A stretch of DNA of 64,000 nt from Fimbriimonadales bacterium (GCA_041744215.1 JBGTLG010000036.1:27188-91187); one strand, 5' to 3'; shown: positions 20,150 through 30,727, numbered from the stretch's first letter. Numbers and translations are program-made. The notes: generated by a model not told the origin, from the sequence alone.

Positions 20150-21520
20150 GTGATCGAGCGCGTAGCCGATTTCATCGAAGCTAAGAGACTCCTCCAGCCC
20201 GGCCAGGCGGTCTGTGTCGGGTTTTCCGGCGGCGCAGACTCCACCGCTTTGCTCCACCTCCTCAAAGAACTCGGTTACGGTGTTTTCGCCGCTCACATCA
20301 ACCATCGCCAGCGGCCGGAAGCCGACGAACACGAAGCGAAGTGCCGCCAAATCGCCGAGAGGTTTGGAGTCGAATGGCTGAGCGCGAAGTACGATGTACC
20401 CGCGATTGCTAAGGATCGCCGCATCGGCATCGAGGAGGCCGGACGCGCCGCGCGCTACGACTTCTTCCGCCGAATCCACTTAGAACGAGGACATGCGACT
20501 GCCACCGCGCACACCCTTGACGACAGCGTCGAAACGATGTTGCTCAATCTCGCGCGAGGTTCTGGAATGAGAGGGCTCGCAGGCATCCCTGTCCAACGCG
20601 ACGGCTACATCATGCGCCCGATGTTGGAAATCCGTCGATCGGAGACCGTCGACTATTGCGAAAAGATTGGCGTCGAGCCGATCCACGACCCGTCTAACGA
20701 CGACTCGCGGTTCGCACGCGTGCGCTTGCGTGCGTTCATGCCAGCATTCGAAAGTCTTCATCCAGGCGCTATTGCAAACGCCACGCGATCAGCAGGCATC
20801 TTCGCGGAGGAGGACGAGTTTCTCAACGCGCTCGCAGCGAACGCGATGCAGGACTGCGAGATCGATTCCAGAGACCCGCTCCGATTTCTGACCCGGCACC
20901 TCGAAGTTCTGCTCGATTCGCAGAAACTCCGCCACCTGTTCCCGGTCGTCGCGAAGCGCGGGCTGCGGCTGATCGCCGACGTACTGGGCGGCTCTATCTC
21001 GTTCGATCAAACTGAGCTGATTTATCAGGCCGTCCGCTCAGGAGAGAAAGCGGCGGTCACTCTCGAAGGAGGCGAAGTCGTCTTAGAGGTGGGATCCGAC
21101 GTGGTGGCCATCCGCAAACTGGAGGAGTCGCCTCGATACCGCCAGCCCCTGTCGGTTCCAGGCGAAACTAATTCCGCGGAGCTCGGGTTTCGGTTCACCG
21201 TCGCGCCCACCGACTATGCGCCCGACCGACCTCACAACTCCTTCGACGTTGTCATCGACGGGGACGCCGTGAAAGGCGCGCTCTACATCCGTCCTTTCTC
21301 GCCAGGAGACAGAATCCAGCCTTTGAAATCGACCGGTGAGAAGAAGATCCAAGACCTACTGACCGATAGAAAGGTGGGCGCTCTCGCGAAAGCTCGTCTC
21401 CCAATCGTCTGCGACATGGTGGGTCCGATCTGGGTTCCGACCATCTGCATTGCTGACAGGGTGAAGGTAACGCCAGGGACCAAACGCCGACTCGGGCTCG
21501 AGTTCGGGTCGTCGGTATAA
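20150..21520 (+). CDS. tilS: tRNA(Ile)-lysidine synthetase
   Basis: GFSGGADS PP-loop, RAARY, TAHTLDD, upstream of ftsH. Confidence 0.95.
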   Translation: MIERVADFIEAKRLLQPGQAVCVGFSGGADSTALLHLLKELGYGVFAAHINHRQRPEADEHEAKCRQIAERFGVEWLSAKYDVPAIAKDRRIGIEEAGRAARYDFFRRIHLERGHATATAHTLDDSVETMLLNLARGSGMRGLAGIPVQRDGYIMRPMLEIRRSETVDYCEKIGVEPIHDPSNDDSRFARVRLRAFMPAFESLHPGAIANATRSAGIFAEEDEFLNALAANAMQDCEIDSRDPLRFLTRHLEVLLDSQKLRHLFPVVAKRGLRLIADVLGGSISFDQTELIYQAVRSGEKAAVTLEGGEVVLEVGSDVVAIRKLEESPRYRQPLSVPGETNSAELGFRFTVAPTDYAPDRPHNSFDVVIDGDAVKGALYIRPFSPGDRIQPLKSTGEKKIQDLLTDRKVGALAKARLPIVCDMVGPIWVPTICIADRVKVTPGTKRRLGLEFGSSV

Positions 21521-21601
21521 TCCCCGTCCCATTCGCCCGGCGAGGCAACGACTGTTCGGGCTAATTCGTACATTCAAGAGGGCTAACTGCCCGGAGGTTT
21601 A

Positions 21602-23536
21602 GTGAACAGAACCAAGGTGATGATTCTCGTCGTCTTCGTCGTTCTCGCTGGCATCTGGATGCTGTCGACTATGAACGGCGTTGGCTTCGCTTCGGGTCCC
21701 GAACAGATCTCGATCGCCGAGCTGGAGCGGGACATCGCGGCCGGTAAGGTCGAGAAGGTTCAATGGCAGGACGATCGAATCAACGCCCAATATAAGGCGC
21801 AAGGGGTCGCGAAGTATGCGACCGGCGCGAGGTTTGACGGCAATGCGGGCGTCCGGTTCCAAGAGATCCTCGCAGCCCACAGCGTAGATTTCGAGAAGAA
21901 GGCGCCATTCCTCGGAGAGGGCTTCTGGGGCGTTCTCATCCCAATGCTGCTCCCCATCACGGTCATCCTGATCATCTGGTACCTGATCGCCAGGCAGGCG
22001 CAGCAGCAGGGAAGCCAAGCGATGAGCTTCGGCAGGAGCAAGGCTAAGCGTGTCAGCGAGAACGTTCCTAAGGTGACCTTCGACGACGTTGCAGGGATCG
22101 ACGAGGCCAAGGCGGAACTCGCTGAGGTCGTCGACTTTCTAAAAAATACAAAGAAATATGTCGCTCTCGGTGCGAAGATCCCGAAGGGGGTTCTCCTCAC
22201 CGGCCCTCCAGGTTGCGGAAAGACCCACCTCGCGCGAGCCGTCGCCGGTGAAGCAGGGGTTCCGTTCTTCCACATCAGTGGCTCCGACTTCGTCGAAATG
22301 TTCGTCGGCGTGGGAGCATCACGGGTTAGGGACCTCTTCGAAACAGCGAAAGCGCACCGACCGAGCCTAATCTTCGTCGATGAAATCGACGCCGTTGGAC
22401 GCCAGCGGGGCGCTGGACTCGGCGGCGGACACGACGAGCGCGAGCAGACTCTCAATCAACTCCTCGTTGAGATGGACGGATTTGATCCCAATAGCGGCGT
22501 CATCATGATTGCCGCGACCAACAGGCCCGACGTGCTCGACCCGGCCTTGCTGAGGCCCGGCCGCTTCGACCGACAGGTCGTCGTCGACGCCCCGGACGCC
22601 AAGGGCCGCGAGGAGATCCTCAAGATCCACTCGAAGGGCAAGCCGATGGCAGAGGACGCCAACCTCGCCACCATTGCAAAGCGAACCGTCGGGTTCACAG
22701 GCGCAGACCTCGCCAATGCCCTGAACGAAGCTGCGCTTCTGGCTGCGCGAAGAAACTTCAACATCATCAATATGGCCGAGATCGACGAGGCTCTCGACCG
22801 GGTTATCGCCGGACCACAGCGCAAGAGCCGAGTCGTGGAACCCAAGGAGCGGGAGATCATCGCGTACCACGAAGCGGGGCACGCAGTCGTGGGCGAGTTG
22901 CTAGAGCACACCGACCCTGTCCACAAGATCACGATTCTCCCGAGGGGAATGAGCCTGGGGAGCACGTGGCAGCTGCCGGAGACTGACAAGTATCTCGTTT
23001 CCAAGAACGAACTGCTCGACAACATCACCGCACTGCTCGGCGGGCGTGTAGCGGAAGAAATCGTGTTTGGCGAGGTTACAACCGGCGCGAGTAACGACCT
23101 CGAGCGGGTGACGGGCATAGCTCGCAGCATGGTCTGCAAATTCGGGATGAGCGACAAACTCGGAACACTAGCCCTCGGCCGCAGATCGGACAACCCGTTC
23201 CTCGGCCGCGATTACATGGAGGACAGAAACTACAGCGAGGATGTCGCAAAGATGATCGATGAAGAGGTGCGCGGCATCGTGGACGCCTGTCACCGGCGCT
23301 GCAACGAGATTCTCCTCGCAAACCGAGACAAGCTGGACGCGGTCGTCGCCGTGCTCCTTGAGGCTGAAACGATCGACAGAGAGCAGTTCCTCGCGATCAT
23401 GAGCGGGGCGGTCAACCCGACCCTTCCGGAAGACACACCGATCATCGACCCGCCGGGCGGACCGGAAGCCGAGGTCCCCGCAAAGAAGCAGGACGGGTTT
23501 GCGCCCAAACTCAAGCCCGGGACCGCCGAAACTTAG
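21602..23536 (+). CDS. ftsH: ATP-dependent zinc metalloprotease FtsH
   Basis: Two [22 protein letters not shown]. Confidence 0.98.
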   Translation: MNRTKVMILVVFVVLAGIWMLSTMNGVGFASGPEQISIAELERDIAAGKVEKVQWQDDRINAQYKAQGVAKYATGARFDGNAGVRFQEILAAHSVDFEKKAPFLGEGFWGVLIPMLLPITVILIIWYLIARQAQQQGSQAMSFGRSKAKRVSENVPKVTFDDVAGIDEAKAELAEVVDFLKNTKKYVALGAKIPKGVLLTGPPGCGKTHLARAVAGEAGVPFFHISGSDFVEMFVGVGASRVRDLFETAKAHRPSLIFVDEIDAVGRQRGAGLGGGHDEREQTLNQLLVEMDGFDPNSGVIMIAATNRPDVLDPALLRPGRFDRQVVVDAPDAKGREEILKIHSKGKPMAEDANLATIAKRTVGFTGADLANALNEAALLAARRNFNIINMAEIDEALDRVIAGPQRKSRVVEPKEREIIAYHEAGHAVVGELLEHTDPVHKITILPRGMSLGSTWQLPETDKYLVSKNELLDNITALLGGRVAEEIVFGEVTTGASNDLERVTGIARSMVCKFGMSDKLGTLALGRRSDNPFLGRDYMEDRNYSEDVAKMIDEEVRGIVDACHRRCNEILLANRDKLDAVVAVLLEAETIDREQFLAIMSGAVNPTLPEDTPIIDPPGGPEAEVPAKKQDGFAPKLKPGTAET

Positions 23537-23544
23537 ACGGGGTG

Positions 23545-23573
23545 TTGGCAATTCTCCAAAGCCGTGTTATACT
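23545..23573 (+). promoter_or_regulatory. sigma70-type promoter for TPR gene
   Basis: TTGGCA-N17-TATACT. Confidence 0.6.
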
Positions 23574-23604
23574 GCCGTAGTCACCGGACGGTCAGGTCAA
23601 CACG

Positions 23605-23985
23605 ATGGCCAATGTGCAGGAAAGCGGGCAAAGACCAGTGAGTGTCGAAGAGCTATATGAGTCGGGTTTTGCAATGCGTTGCGCCGGCGATTACAGCCAG
23701 GCGCGCCAATTGTTCACCCAGATCATCGACCAGGAGCCAGGACATCTCCTGGCACGTTGGCAGGTCGCCCTCATCGACGGGTTCGAGGGCGAGTTTGAGC
23801 AATCACTCGACGGGCTGAAAGCCTTAGCTGCGGAGGCACCAGCAAACCTTGATATCCGCTACGACTACGCCATGACCCTCATGATGCTCGGCTTCATGGA
23901 AGAGTCATGCATGGAGTTCCGCGCGATCCTTGAGGTCGACCCCGATCACGAAAAGGCGCAGCAGCAGATCATCTATTGCGACTGA
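23605..23985 (+). CDS. TPR repeat protein
   Basis: Three TPR-like helical repeats. Confidence 0.75.
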   Translation: MANVQESGQRPVSVEELYESGFAMRCAGDYSQARQLFTQIIDQEPGHLLARWQVALIDGFEGEFEQSLDGLKALAAEAPANLDIRYDYAMTLMMLGFMEESCMEFRAILEVDPDHEKAQQQIIYCD

Positions 23986-25340
23986 GCCCGCGGTGAGCGT
24001 GCTGGCTTCTCGACCTTGGCGATCCATTCCTTCAACAACCGGATCACCTCAGGATTAAACTCGCCTCCTGGCTGACCCCACTTCCTATGGCTGTCCGTGG
24101 CTGAAGTCGTTTTGAAGAACCCGTGATCGGATTCTTTGACGACCACAAACTCAGCAGTGCCAGGTCGTTTCGAGTTAACGATATCCGCGATCATCACGTG
24201 ATCTTCGCGCGTCGCGATAAACTCGTTTTCGGCCCACATCGCGAGGACATTTGCGCTAACCCGCTCCCAGAAGGACGCAAAGTTCTTAGCGTCCAGCTCG
24301 CGCCAGAAGTCCATCACCCGAGTGGACATATGGACTCCGTTAGGGAAAAAGCTGTTCGTTAACGCCGTCAAGTCCGGATGTTGCTTTTTGATGTCGTCGG
24401 GCCCCAACTTCTCCTTGAAAAGGTAATGCATGAACCTCCCCAAACTCTGCATGGATTCGTGAAGGTCTGCGTAGGTACTCCCTGCGAGGAGTTGCTGTCT
24501 GCGAACGTTTTCAAGCCAGTACTCCAACCATGTCTTGACGACAGTTCCGTAAACAGCGATGCCCGCGACCTTCTCTTCGCTCGCGATGATCGGCCCAAAG
24601 CAGCCGCCCATGCTGTGCCCAAAGATGAAGATGCGGTCCTGATCAACGAAGTCATAACCCTTGATCGCCTTTAGCGCTTGTCGATAGCAATCGAGCTCTG
24701 CATCAAACCCTTCGTCTGCTGTAGGTCCACCCTCGCTGTCGCCCTGACCGGGTTTGTCCACTCGAACCGTGACCCACCCCTCATCTACAAAGGACTTCAC
24801 CAGTGGCGCATACGCCCCGGTACCGATCGGGTTATCCAATGAAAAGCCGCCCAGCCCCTGAATCAAAAAGAAGACCGGCCGTTTGCCTGGGCCTGTGGGT
24901 TTCGAGATCAGCGTTCTTATCCGGCGCCCGTTACTTACCACGTGATCGTAGAGCACTTCATAGTTCTCGCCCTTGTCGCGCGGCCTCTCCTGCATGGTCA
25001 TGGAGAGGGTTTGGGGATCCCGGCCACGGACAATTCGCATCTCAAACCGCAACCCTACAAGAACCGTGTTCGCTGCGGCGACGCCCTCGGCCGGGGTTGT
25101 GATGGGCTTTCCGTCAATTGAGACCACAACGTCCCCACTCTTCAGGCCGTGCGCCTCGGCTGTGGTCCCTGGAAACACGGTTCCCACCAGGACGCCGGAT
25201 TCAACACCCGCCGCGCTCTTCGCGTCCGCGCTCAAAGCGAGCAGTTGGGCTCCGAGCAAGCCCTTACGGGGAAGCGGTTGGGCGATTGAGCACGCCATGA
25301 AAAGGAGCGCGAGCACGACGGTCACAAGAGTTCGTCTCAT
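23973..25340 (-). CDS. secreted PDZ-domain alpha/beta hydrolase
   Basis: Signal peptide, PDZ (GLKSGDVVVSIDG), GHSMG nucleophile elbow, DH. Confidence 0.85.
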   Translation of the reverse strand: MRRTLVTVVLALLFMACSIAQPLPRKGLLGAQLLALSADAKSAAGVESGVLVGTVFPGTTAEAHGLKSGDVVVSIDGKPITTPAEGVAAANTVLVGLRFEMRIVRGRDPQTLSMTMQERPRDKGENYEVLYDHVVSNGRRIRTLISKPTGPGKRPVFFLIQGLGGFSLDNPIGTGAYAPLVKSFVDEGWVTVRVDKPGQGDSEGGPTADEGFDAELDCYRQALKAIKGYDFVDQDRIFIFGHSMGGCFGPIIASEEKVAGIAVYGTVVKTWLEYWLENVRRQQLLAGSTYADLHESMQSLGRFMHYLFKEKLGPDDIKKQHPDLTALTNSFFPNGVHMSTRVMDFWRELDAKNFASFWERVSANVLAMWAENEFIATREDHVMIADIVNSKRPGTAEFVVVKESDHGFFKTTSATDSHRKWGQPGGEFNPEVIRLLKEWIAKVEKPARSPRAQSQ

Positions 25341-25416
25341 AGAGGCTTAGTACCCCAATAGTTCTGAGTTTGAAGCGAGGCGGGCACTTTTCGGCTAAAG
25401 AGGTACAACAAGCCGC

Positions 25417-25434
25417 GTTGACGTTACGTTAACA
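25417..25434 (+). promoter_or_regulatory. Pho-box-like direct repeat upstream of arsC
   Basis: GTTGACG (25417) and GTTAACA (25428), 11-bp period. Confidence 0.5.
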
Positions 25435-25455
25435 GTTTGACCTCACGATTCAACT

Positions 25456-25893
25456 ATGAGAATCTTATTCCTCTGCACGGGCAACTCTGCCAGGAGCCAG
25501 ATGGCCGAAGGTTTCGCAAAGGCCTACGGAACGCCTGGCGTCGATGTCTGGAGCGCAGGGACCTTTCCGTCGCGCGAAGTACACCCACTCGCAGTCCACG
25601 TGATGATGGAAAGGATGATCGACATCAGCGCGGCTCTGCCAAAGAGTTTCACGGCTGTCCCGAAGCCCATTGACGCGGTCATCGCTGTTTGTGGTCAAGC
25701 CGCCGAACAGTGTCCGCGGCCCCCTGGCGCAGAAGTCGAAGCGTGGAACCTTGACGATCCAGCCGCCGCGGAAGGGACGGAGGAAGAGCGCCTTCAAGTC
25801 TTCAGGTCGATCCGAGACCAAGTTGAGAGCAGAGTTGTCGAATTGCTCACCCGTCGCGGCAAACTCGCTGCCGAACACTCCCGGCGAAGTTAA
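25456..25893 (+). CDS. arsC: thioredoxin-coupled arsenate reductase (LMW-PTP fold)
   Basis: CTGNSARSQMAEG P-loop, VCGQAAEQCP resolving Cys pair, DDP. Confidence 0.85.
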   Translation: MRILFLCTGNSARSQMAEGFAKAYGTPGVDVWSAGTFPSREVHPLAVHVMMERMIDISAALPKSFTAVPKPIDAVIAVCGQAAEQCPRPPGAEVEAWNLDDPAAAEGTEEERLQVFRSIRDQVESRVVELLTRRGKLAAEHSRRS

Positions 25894-25896
25894 CAC

Positions 25897-25936
25897 ATTA
25901 ACAGTCTGATAGCCTTCAGTTAACATTCCGTTGACG
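25897..25936 (+). promoter_or_regulatory. Pho-box-like repeats upstream of porin-pstSCAB
   Basis: ATTAACA 25897, degenerate GATAGCC 25908, GTTAACA 25919, GTTGACG 25930, all at 11-bp period. Confidence 0.6.
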
Positions 25937-25997
25937 CTCCCACAGTTGAATGTACGTGGGCTCTCGGATAGAGAGCTACTAACGGAGGGACCAACAC

Positions 25998-27419
25998 GTG
26001 CGAAGTGTTATCATGCGTCTCGCCTTTGCGAGCGTGGGTGCAGCGGGTGTCTTGGCTACGGCACACGCCATAACGGTTCAGTTCCCGGTCGAGGCGATCG
26101 GAAAGGGAATCGAGAAGGCAAAGTCAGCCCAGAACCAGACGTCTGCGCCCAAGCGCTCAGCCGAGGCGATCAAACAAGACATCGCGCAGGCTAAAGCCCT
26201 GCAAGAGAAAGCTGCAGGCATCACCAAGTCGATTGGCGAACTCGCCAGTAGCGGCAAATTGCCGACGACCGATGAGTCAATCGCACTCCTGAAGATTCTC
26301 GTTACCGAGCTTCAGGATGTCAACGAGCAGCTCAAGAAGATCGATGAGCGACTCAGAGATGTAGAAAGCTGGATCGAGGATCAATCCCTGGAGAACATCC
26401 CGATCATGCAGAACGACATCGCAACGCTCAAGAAGCCTGGTATCGGTAACTACATCCAGTTCCAATATGTAGACACGCAAGAAGGCAGCGGCACGACGAA
26501 CGACGGATTCCAAATGCGACGAATGAGGTACGGGCAGAACAATCGGCTCGATCCTAAAACGAGCATGAAGGTTTCGTTCGACCTTTCGACAGGCAGCCAA
26601 CGCATCGGCGCGGAAATGCGCGATGCGCAACTGATCTACGAACCGGTGCCGTCAATTTCACAGATTGGCGTCAGGCTCGTCGCGGGCCAACAGCCGCTTC
26701 CGCTCGGCTTTGAGTTGGAGAGGTCGTCGGGAGAACGAGAGTTCCCTGAGCGGACTTTGTACAACAACACAGTCTTTGCGGGCGAAAGAGACCGTGGCCT
26801 CAGGCTGGACTACGGCTTGAGCCCGGATTCCTATGCTCACGTTGGCATCTGGAACGGACTAACGGTAGGGGATCGACAGTTGGTTGCAGCGAACACATTC
26901 AGAAACCTGAATGGGCTGTTTGGATACCATGCTGGAATACGCCACTACAGCAACGTCCACGATGTGGGAATCAGCGCATTCTACGCAAAGCGGCCAGCGG
27001 GTAGTAACGGTACACCACCTAACAACGCGTATCCCGGCGTCGATCGACAGTTCATCTACATCGATGGAACGTACCTACTCGAGCAATTCGCCCTTCGGGG
27101 AGAACTGATGTTCGGTCGAGACCGCATCCCAACGCTTGGCAGCGATGGTCGCCCGACCTATCTGGCGGCCACGAACATTCTCGGATACCAAGCGCAGGTG
27201 ACATACAACATGAATCCGCGGAATCAGATTCACTTCCGCTATCAGTACTTCGATCCGGATCGGGGCACTCCTGCAGACGGAACGAACGGCTACGGGATCG
27301 GATACACGTACTGGATTCACCCAACCGCAAAGATCACGGGAACTTACGAGATCTTCGACGAAGAAGGGCCAGAACGGAGGAACAACGTCTTCACCGTTCG
27401 CTACCAGTTCAGGCTGTGA
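25998..27419 (+). CDS. phosphate-selective porin-like (OprO/OprP-type) protein with N-terminal coiled coil
   Basis: Signal peptide, coiled coil, GFQMRRMR, GQQPLPLGFE, ERDRG, C-terminal YQFRL; directly upstream of pstS. Confidence 0.7.
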   Translation: MRSVIMRLAFASVGAAGVLATAHAITVQFPVEAIGKGIEKAKSAQNQTSAPKRSAEAIKQDIAQAKALQEKAAGITKSIGELASSGKLPTTDESIALLKILVTELQDVNEQLKKIDERLRDVESWIEDQSLENIPIMQNDIATLKKPGIGNYIQFQYVDTQEGSGTTNDGFQMRRMRYGQNNRLDPKTSMKVSFDLSTGSQRIGAEMRDAQLIYEPVPSISQIGVRLVAGQQPLPLGFELERSSGEREFPERTLYNNTVFAGERDRGLRLDYGLSPDSYAHVGIWNGLTVGDRQLVAANTFRNLNGLFGYHAGIRHYSNVHDVGISAFYAKRPAGSNGTPPNNAYPGVDRQFIYIDGTYLLEQFALRGELMFGRDRIPTLGSDGRPTYLAATNILGYQAQVTYNMNPRNQIHFRYQYFDPDRGTPADGTNGYGIGYTYWIHPTAKITGTYEIFDEEGPERRNNVFTVRYQFRL

Positions 27420-27459
27420 GGACTGCGCAAGTCAATCAGAAAAAAGGAGAACAAAGAAA

Positions 27460-28287
27460 ATGACAGCAGCACTTATCGCAACACTTGCAATCGTTGGTGG
27501 GGCGCCCTCACCCGCACTTGGAACCGTCGCCGTAAAAGGCTCGGATTCAATGCTGATCCTCAACCAGCGCTGGGCCGAGGCCTTCGGAAAAAAGCACCCT
27601 GGCACAGCGATTGAGGTAACCGGGGGTGGGTCGAGCATCGGCATCAACGCGTTCATCAACGGCGTCACCGACATCTGTGCCGCATCTCGCCCAATGCGGA
27701 AGAGCGAGATCGACCGCGCGCGGAGCCGAGGAGCCATCGCTGTGGAAACCCCAGCGGCGTTGGACGGCCTAGCAGTGATCGTAAACACCAGCAATCCGGT
27801 GAACTCGCTGACAATGGACCAGATCCGGCGCATCTACATCGGACAGATCAACAATTGGTCGCAGGTTGGCGGCCCCAATCAATCGATTGTCGTCCTGAGC
27901 CGCGACAGCAATTCCGGAACGTACGGCTTCTTCCAAGAGAAGGTTCTCAAGAACCAGAACTGGGGAAGAGGTGTTCGGTTCATGCCGTCGACGGCAGAAG
28001 AGGCGCGTGAAACGGCTCGTACACCCGGCGCTATTGCATATGGCGGCGTCGCGTACTTCAAAGGCCGCGACGGCATCAAAATCATCGGCATTGCGCCAGC
28101 GGAAGGTAAGCCGCCTGTGCTTCCAACTGAAGCCAACGTCCGAAACAAGAGCTATCCCATTTGGCGATACCTCTACTTCTACACGAACGGGCGCCCACGT
28201 GGCGAGACCAAAACCTTTATCGACTGGTGCCTGTCCACTGAAGGACAGTCTCTCGTTGAGCAGGTCGGATACTACGGCCTTAAGTAG
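27460..28287 (+). CDS. pstS: phosphate ABC transporter substrate-binding protein
   Basis: KGSDSM, GGGSSIG, ASR, SRDSNSGT, YPIWRYL. Confidence 0.93.
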   Translation: MTAALIATLAIVGGAPSPALGTVAVKGSDSMLILNQRWAEAFGKKHPGTAIEVTGGGSSIGINAFINGVTDICAASRPMRKSEIDRARSRGAIAVETPAALDGLAVIVNTSNPVNSLTMDQIRRIYIGQINNWSQVGGPNQSIVVLSRDSNSGTYGFFQEKVLKNQNWGRGVRFMPSTAEEARETARTPGAIAYGGVAYFKGRDGIKIIGIAPAEGKPPVLPTEANVRNKSYPIWRYLYFYTNGRPRGETKTFIDWCLSTEGQSLVEQVGYYGLK

Positions 28288-28298
28288 ATCGCGATTGA

Positions 28299-28326
28299 CT
28301 TCGCCCCAGCCTCGGCTGGGGCGAAG
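28299..28326 (+). other. intercistronic stem-loop after pstS (probable mRNA-stabilising hairpin)
   Basis: CTTCGCCCCAGC-CTCG-GCTGGGGCGAAG, perfect 12-bp stem. Confidence 0.6.
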
Positions 28327-28334
28327 CTATCAAA

Positions 28335-29828
28335 ATGAAACGTAACCGACTCCGCGAGTTGCCAGCTGTTGCGCTCGTCTATTTTTCGGGCGCCCTCATA
28401 CTGTTGGTAGTCGTGGCTATCTTTTACTACCTCGCGCACGAGGCGCGGTATGCGTTTGATCGTCCATTTCCTTATGGCTACCGATTCTCGCTGCAACCTC
28501 CAGTTTTAGAGCCCGATCCTTACACTGGGGAGATCGTCGACGATTTGACAGTTGACCCAAATGCCTCCCTCCTTGCTGCAAACTTTGAAGGCGAGGACGG
28601 AGTTGATGACAAAGAACAATCGGCGCCGATGCCGACGCTTGCCGAACTTGAGGGCTATCACCCATTCGGTACCGGATCAGCAGTGATTGCTACGCTTGAG
28701 GATGTCAATCTGGATGGCCTCTATCGCGATAACTGGAAGAAAGCGAAGCCAGCAAGCCAAGGCGACAGTTTCTACCTCTTTGCATTTGCGACTCCTGAGT
28801 ACGACAAGCCGACCATGAAACTCGCGTGGGGTCCTGACGCAGCTTTCAGTGCAAAGGATTGTCCATACGACATTCGCTTACGCCTTGTGCGCGCACCAGA
28901 GGGAGTAGAGCTGGACCCTTTTGATATCGACTTAGTCAAACATGAGCAAGGCGCGATTGAGCTTCCAGCTTGGATAGCAAAAACAGACGCAGATCGAACC
29001 AGCGGATACGTGTTCGAAATGATCGCTACTCCAACGAAGAGCAACTTCGTTGCGACGATCATAGGCTTCTTCAAAACGGATTGGGCACCTACACTTCAGT
29101 ATCCGCGATACGGATTTGTTCCATTGTTGCTGAGCACGATGCTGATGTCGTTCGTCGCCCTCCTCATCGCCGTTCCAATTGGGTTAGCGTGTGCGACTTA
29201 CCTCGCCGAGATCGCACCTGTACGCGTACGCGAATGGCTAAAGCCAATCATTGAAATGCTCGCAAGTATTCCGACGGTAGTGCTTGGCTACTTCGGGCTA
29301 ATGATCGTCGCGCCAGGAATCGTCAAAGTCTTCTCAGAATCGCTCGGTATGACCTCGGGAAGATCGTTCGTAACTGCTAGCCTCGTTCTTGCATTCTTGC
29401 TACTGCCCACGATCATCTCTATCGGCGAAGACGCATTGCGTGCTGTTCCAAACCTAATGCGAGAAGGCGCGTCCGCGCTCGGATTCACGACTCGCGAGAC
29501 CATAAAGAAAGTCGTGATGCCCACGGCTCGCGCGGGAATTGTCGCCACAGTACTGCTCGGGTTTGCGCGCGCTATTGGCGAAACGATGATCATCTGGATA
29601 CTAAGCGGCGGCACGGCTGTGATGCCGAGTGCTAACCCCATCAAAACTTTGGCTGCACCGACGCGAGGAATGACAGACACCATAGCCATCGAAATGGGCA
29701 ATGTTGAGTTTGAGGGCGCCCACTACGGCCATCTGTTCATGATCGGGCTGGCGCTGTTCTTGGTCACACTCGTCATAAACCTTGCGGGCTACGCCTACGG
29801 GAGGAAGCGGAAATGGCTAGCATCGTAG
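28335..29828 (+). CDS. pstC: phosphate ABC permease PstC with large extracytoplasmic insertion
   Basis: LASIPTVVLG, EDALRAVP, ARAIGETM; 497 aa. Confidence 0.9.
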   Translation: MKRNRLRELPAVALVYFSGALILLVVVAIFYYLAHEARYAFDRPFPYGYRFSLQPPVLEPDPYTGEIVDDLTVDPNASLLAANFEGEDGVDDKEQSAPMPTLAELEGYHPFGTGSAVIATLEDVNLDGLYRDNWKKAKPASQGDSFYLFAFATPEYDKPTMKLAWGPDAAFSAKDCPYDIRLRLVRAPEGVELDPFDIDLVKHEQGAIELPAWIAKTDADRTSGYVFEMIATPTKSNFVATIIGFFKTDWAPTLQYPRYGFVPLLLSTMLMSFVALLIAVPIGLACATYLAEIAPVRVREWLKPIIEMLASIPTVVLGYFGLMIVAPGIVKVFSESLGMTSGRSFVTASLVLAFLLLPTIISIGEDALRAVPNLMREGASALGFTTRETIKKVVMPTARAGIVATVLLGFARAIGETMIIWILSGGTAVMPSANPIKTLAAPTRGMTDTIAIEMGNVEFEGAHYGHLFMIGLALFLVTLVINLAGYAYGRKRKWLAS

Positions 29829-30727
29829 GCGTCAAGTTTCCGACGCCCGATCAAGTCGCAGGGCGCGATCGACTCAGAAAGCGGGCTTCGCTAGCCTATG
29901 AAGGATGGCTGTGGATCATTGGAATCACGATATCAATCGCAATCCTCGCGCTCATCCTAACGATTGCCGCAAAAGGGCTTCCGGCGATGAGCTGGGAGTT
30001 TTTGTCGGCTGCACCAAAGGAAGGAATGAAAGAGGGGGGAATCTGGCCGATGCTGCGGGGTTCGATCCTGCTCATGGCGGGCACACTCATCATCGTTCTT
30101 CCAGTCGGTGTTTTTGGGGGCATTTTCCTTTCAGAATACGCGGGAACTTCTCGATTTGCTTACACAGTTCGGGCTTGCGTCGTCGCGTTGGCAGGAACTC
30201 CGTCGGTAATTTACGGCCTATTTGGCCTTGCGGTCTTTGTGCTATTGCTGACGAAGCACACGAGTTTGGTCGCGGGATGGCTGACACTGGCGATGTTTGC
30301 CCTGCCAGTCATCGTTCTAACAACTGAATCCGCAATAAAATCCGTGCCCGAATCGTTCGTGGAAGCGGGAGTCTCTCTCGGCATGTCGAAATGGCAGGTG
30401 ATTCGAAGAGTGGTCTTGCCATCTGCGATACCGGGGATCGTCACTGGAGTCGTTCTTTCCACGGGGCGCGCCGCAGGGGAAGCGCCGCCAATCTTGTTGA
30501 CCGCAGGGATTTACTACTCGACTGCGCAACTTTCGTTCGATTTTGAAATGCTGAAGAAGCCGGTTGCCAATCTCCCATATCACTTGGCAGAAGGGTACCG
30601 GCAAGGAAGTGTCATTCCGGAGAAAATCATATGGGGAACTTGTCTAACATTGATGTTGTTAGTGCTGCTGATCAACTTGGCAGCAATCATCGTCCGAGCG
30701 AAAGCCAGGAGAAAGCAAACCTGGTAA
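29813..30727 (+). CDS. pstA: phosphate ABC permease PstA
   Basis: [27 protein letters not shown]. Confidence 0.93.
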   Translation: MASIVGVKFPTPDQVAGRDRLRKRASLAYEGWLWIIGITISIAILALILTIAAKGLPAMSWEFLSAAPKEGMKEGGIWPMLRGSILLMAGTLIIVLPVGVFGGIFLSEYAGTSRFAYTVRACVVALAGTPSVIYGLFGLAVFVLLLTKHTSLVAGWLTLAMFALPVIVLTTESAIKSVPESFVEAGVSLGMSKWQVIRRVVLPSAIPGIVTGVVLSTGRAAGEAPPILLTAGIYYSTAQLSFDFEMLKKPVANLPYHLAEGYRQGSVIPEKIIWGTCLTLMLLVLLINLAAIIVRAKARRKQTW

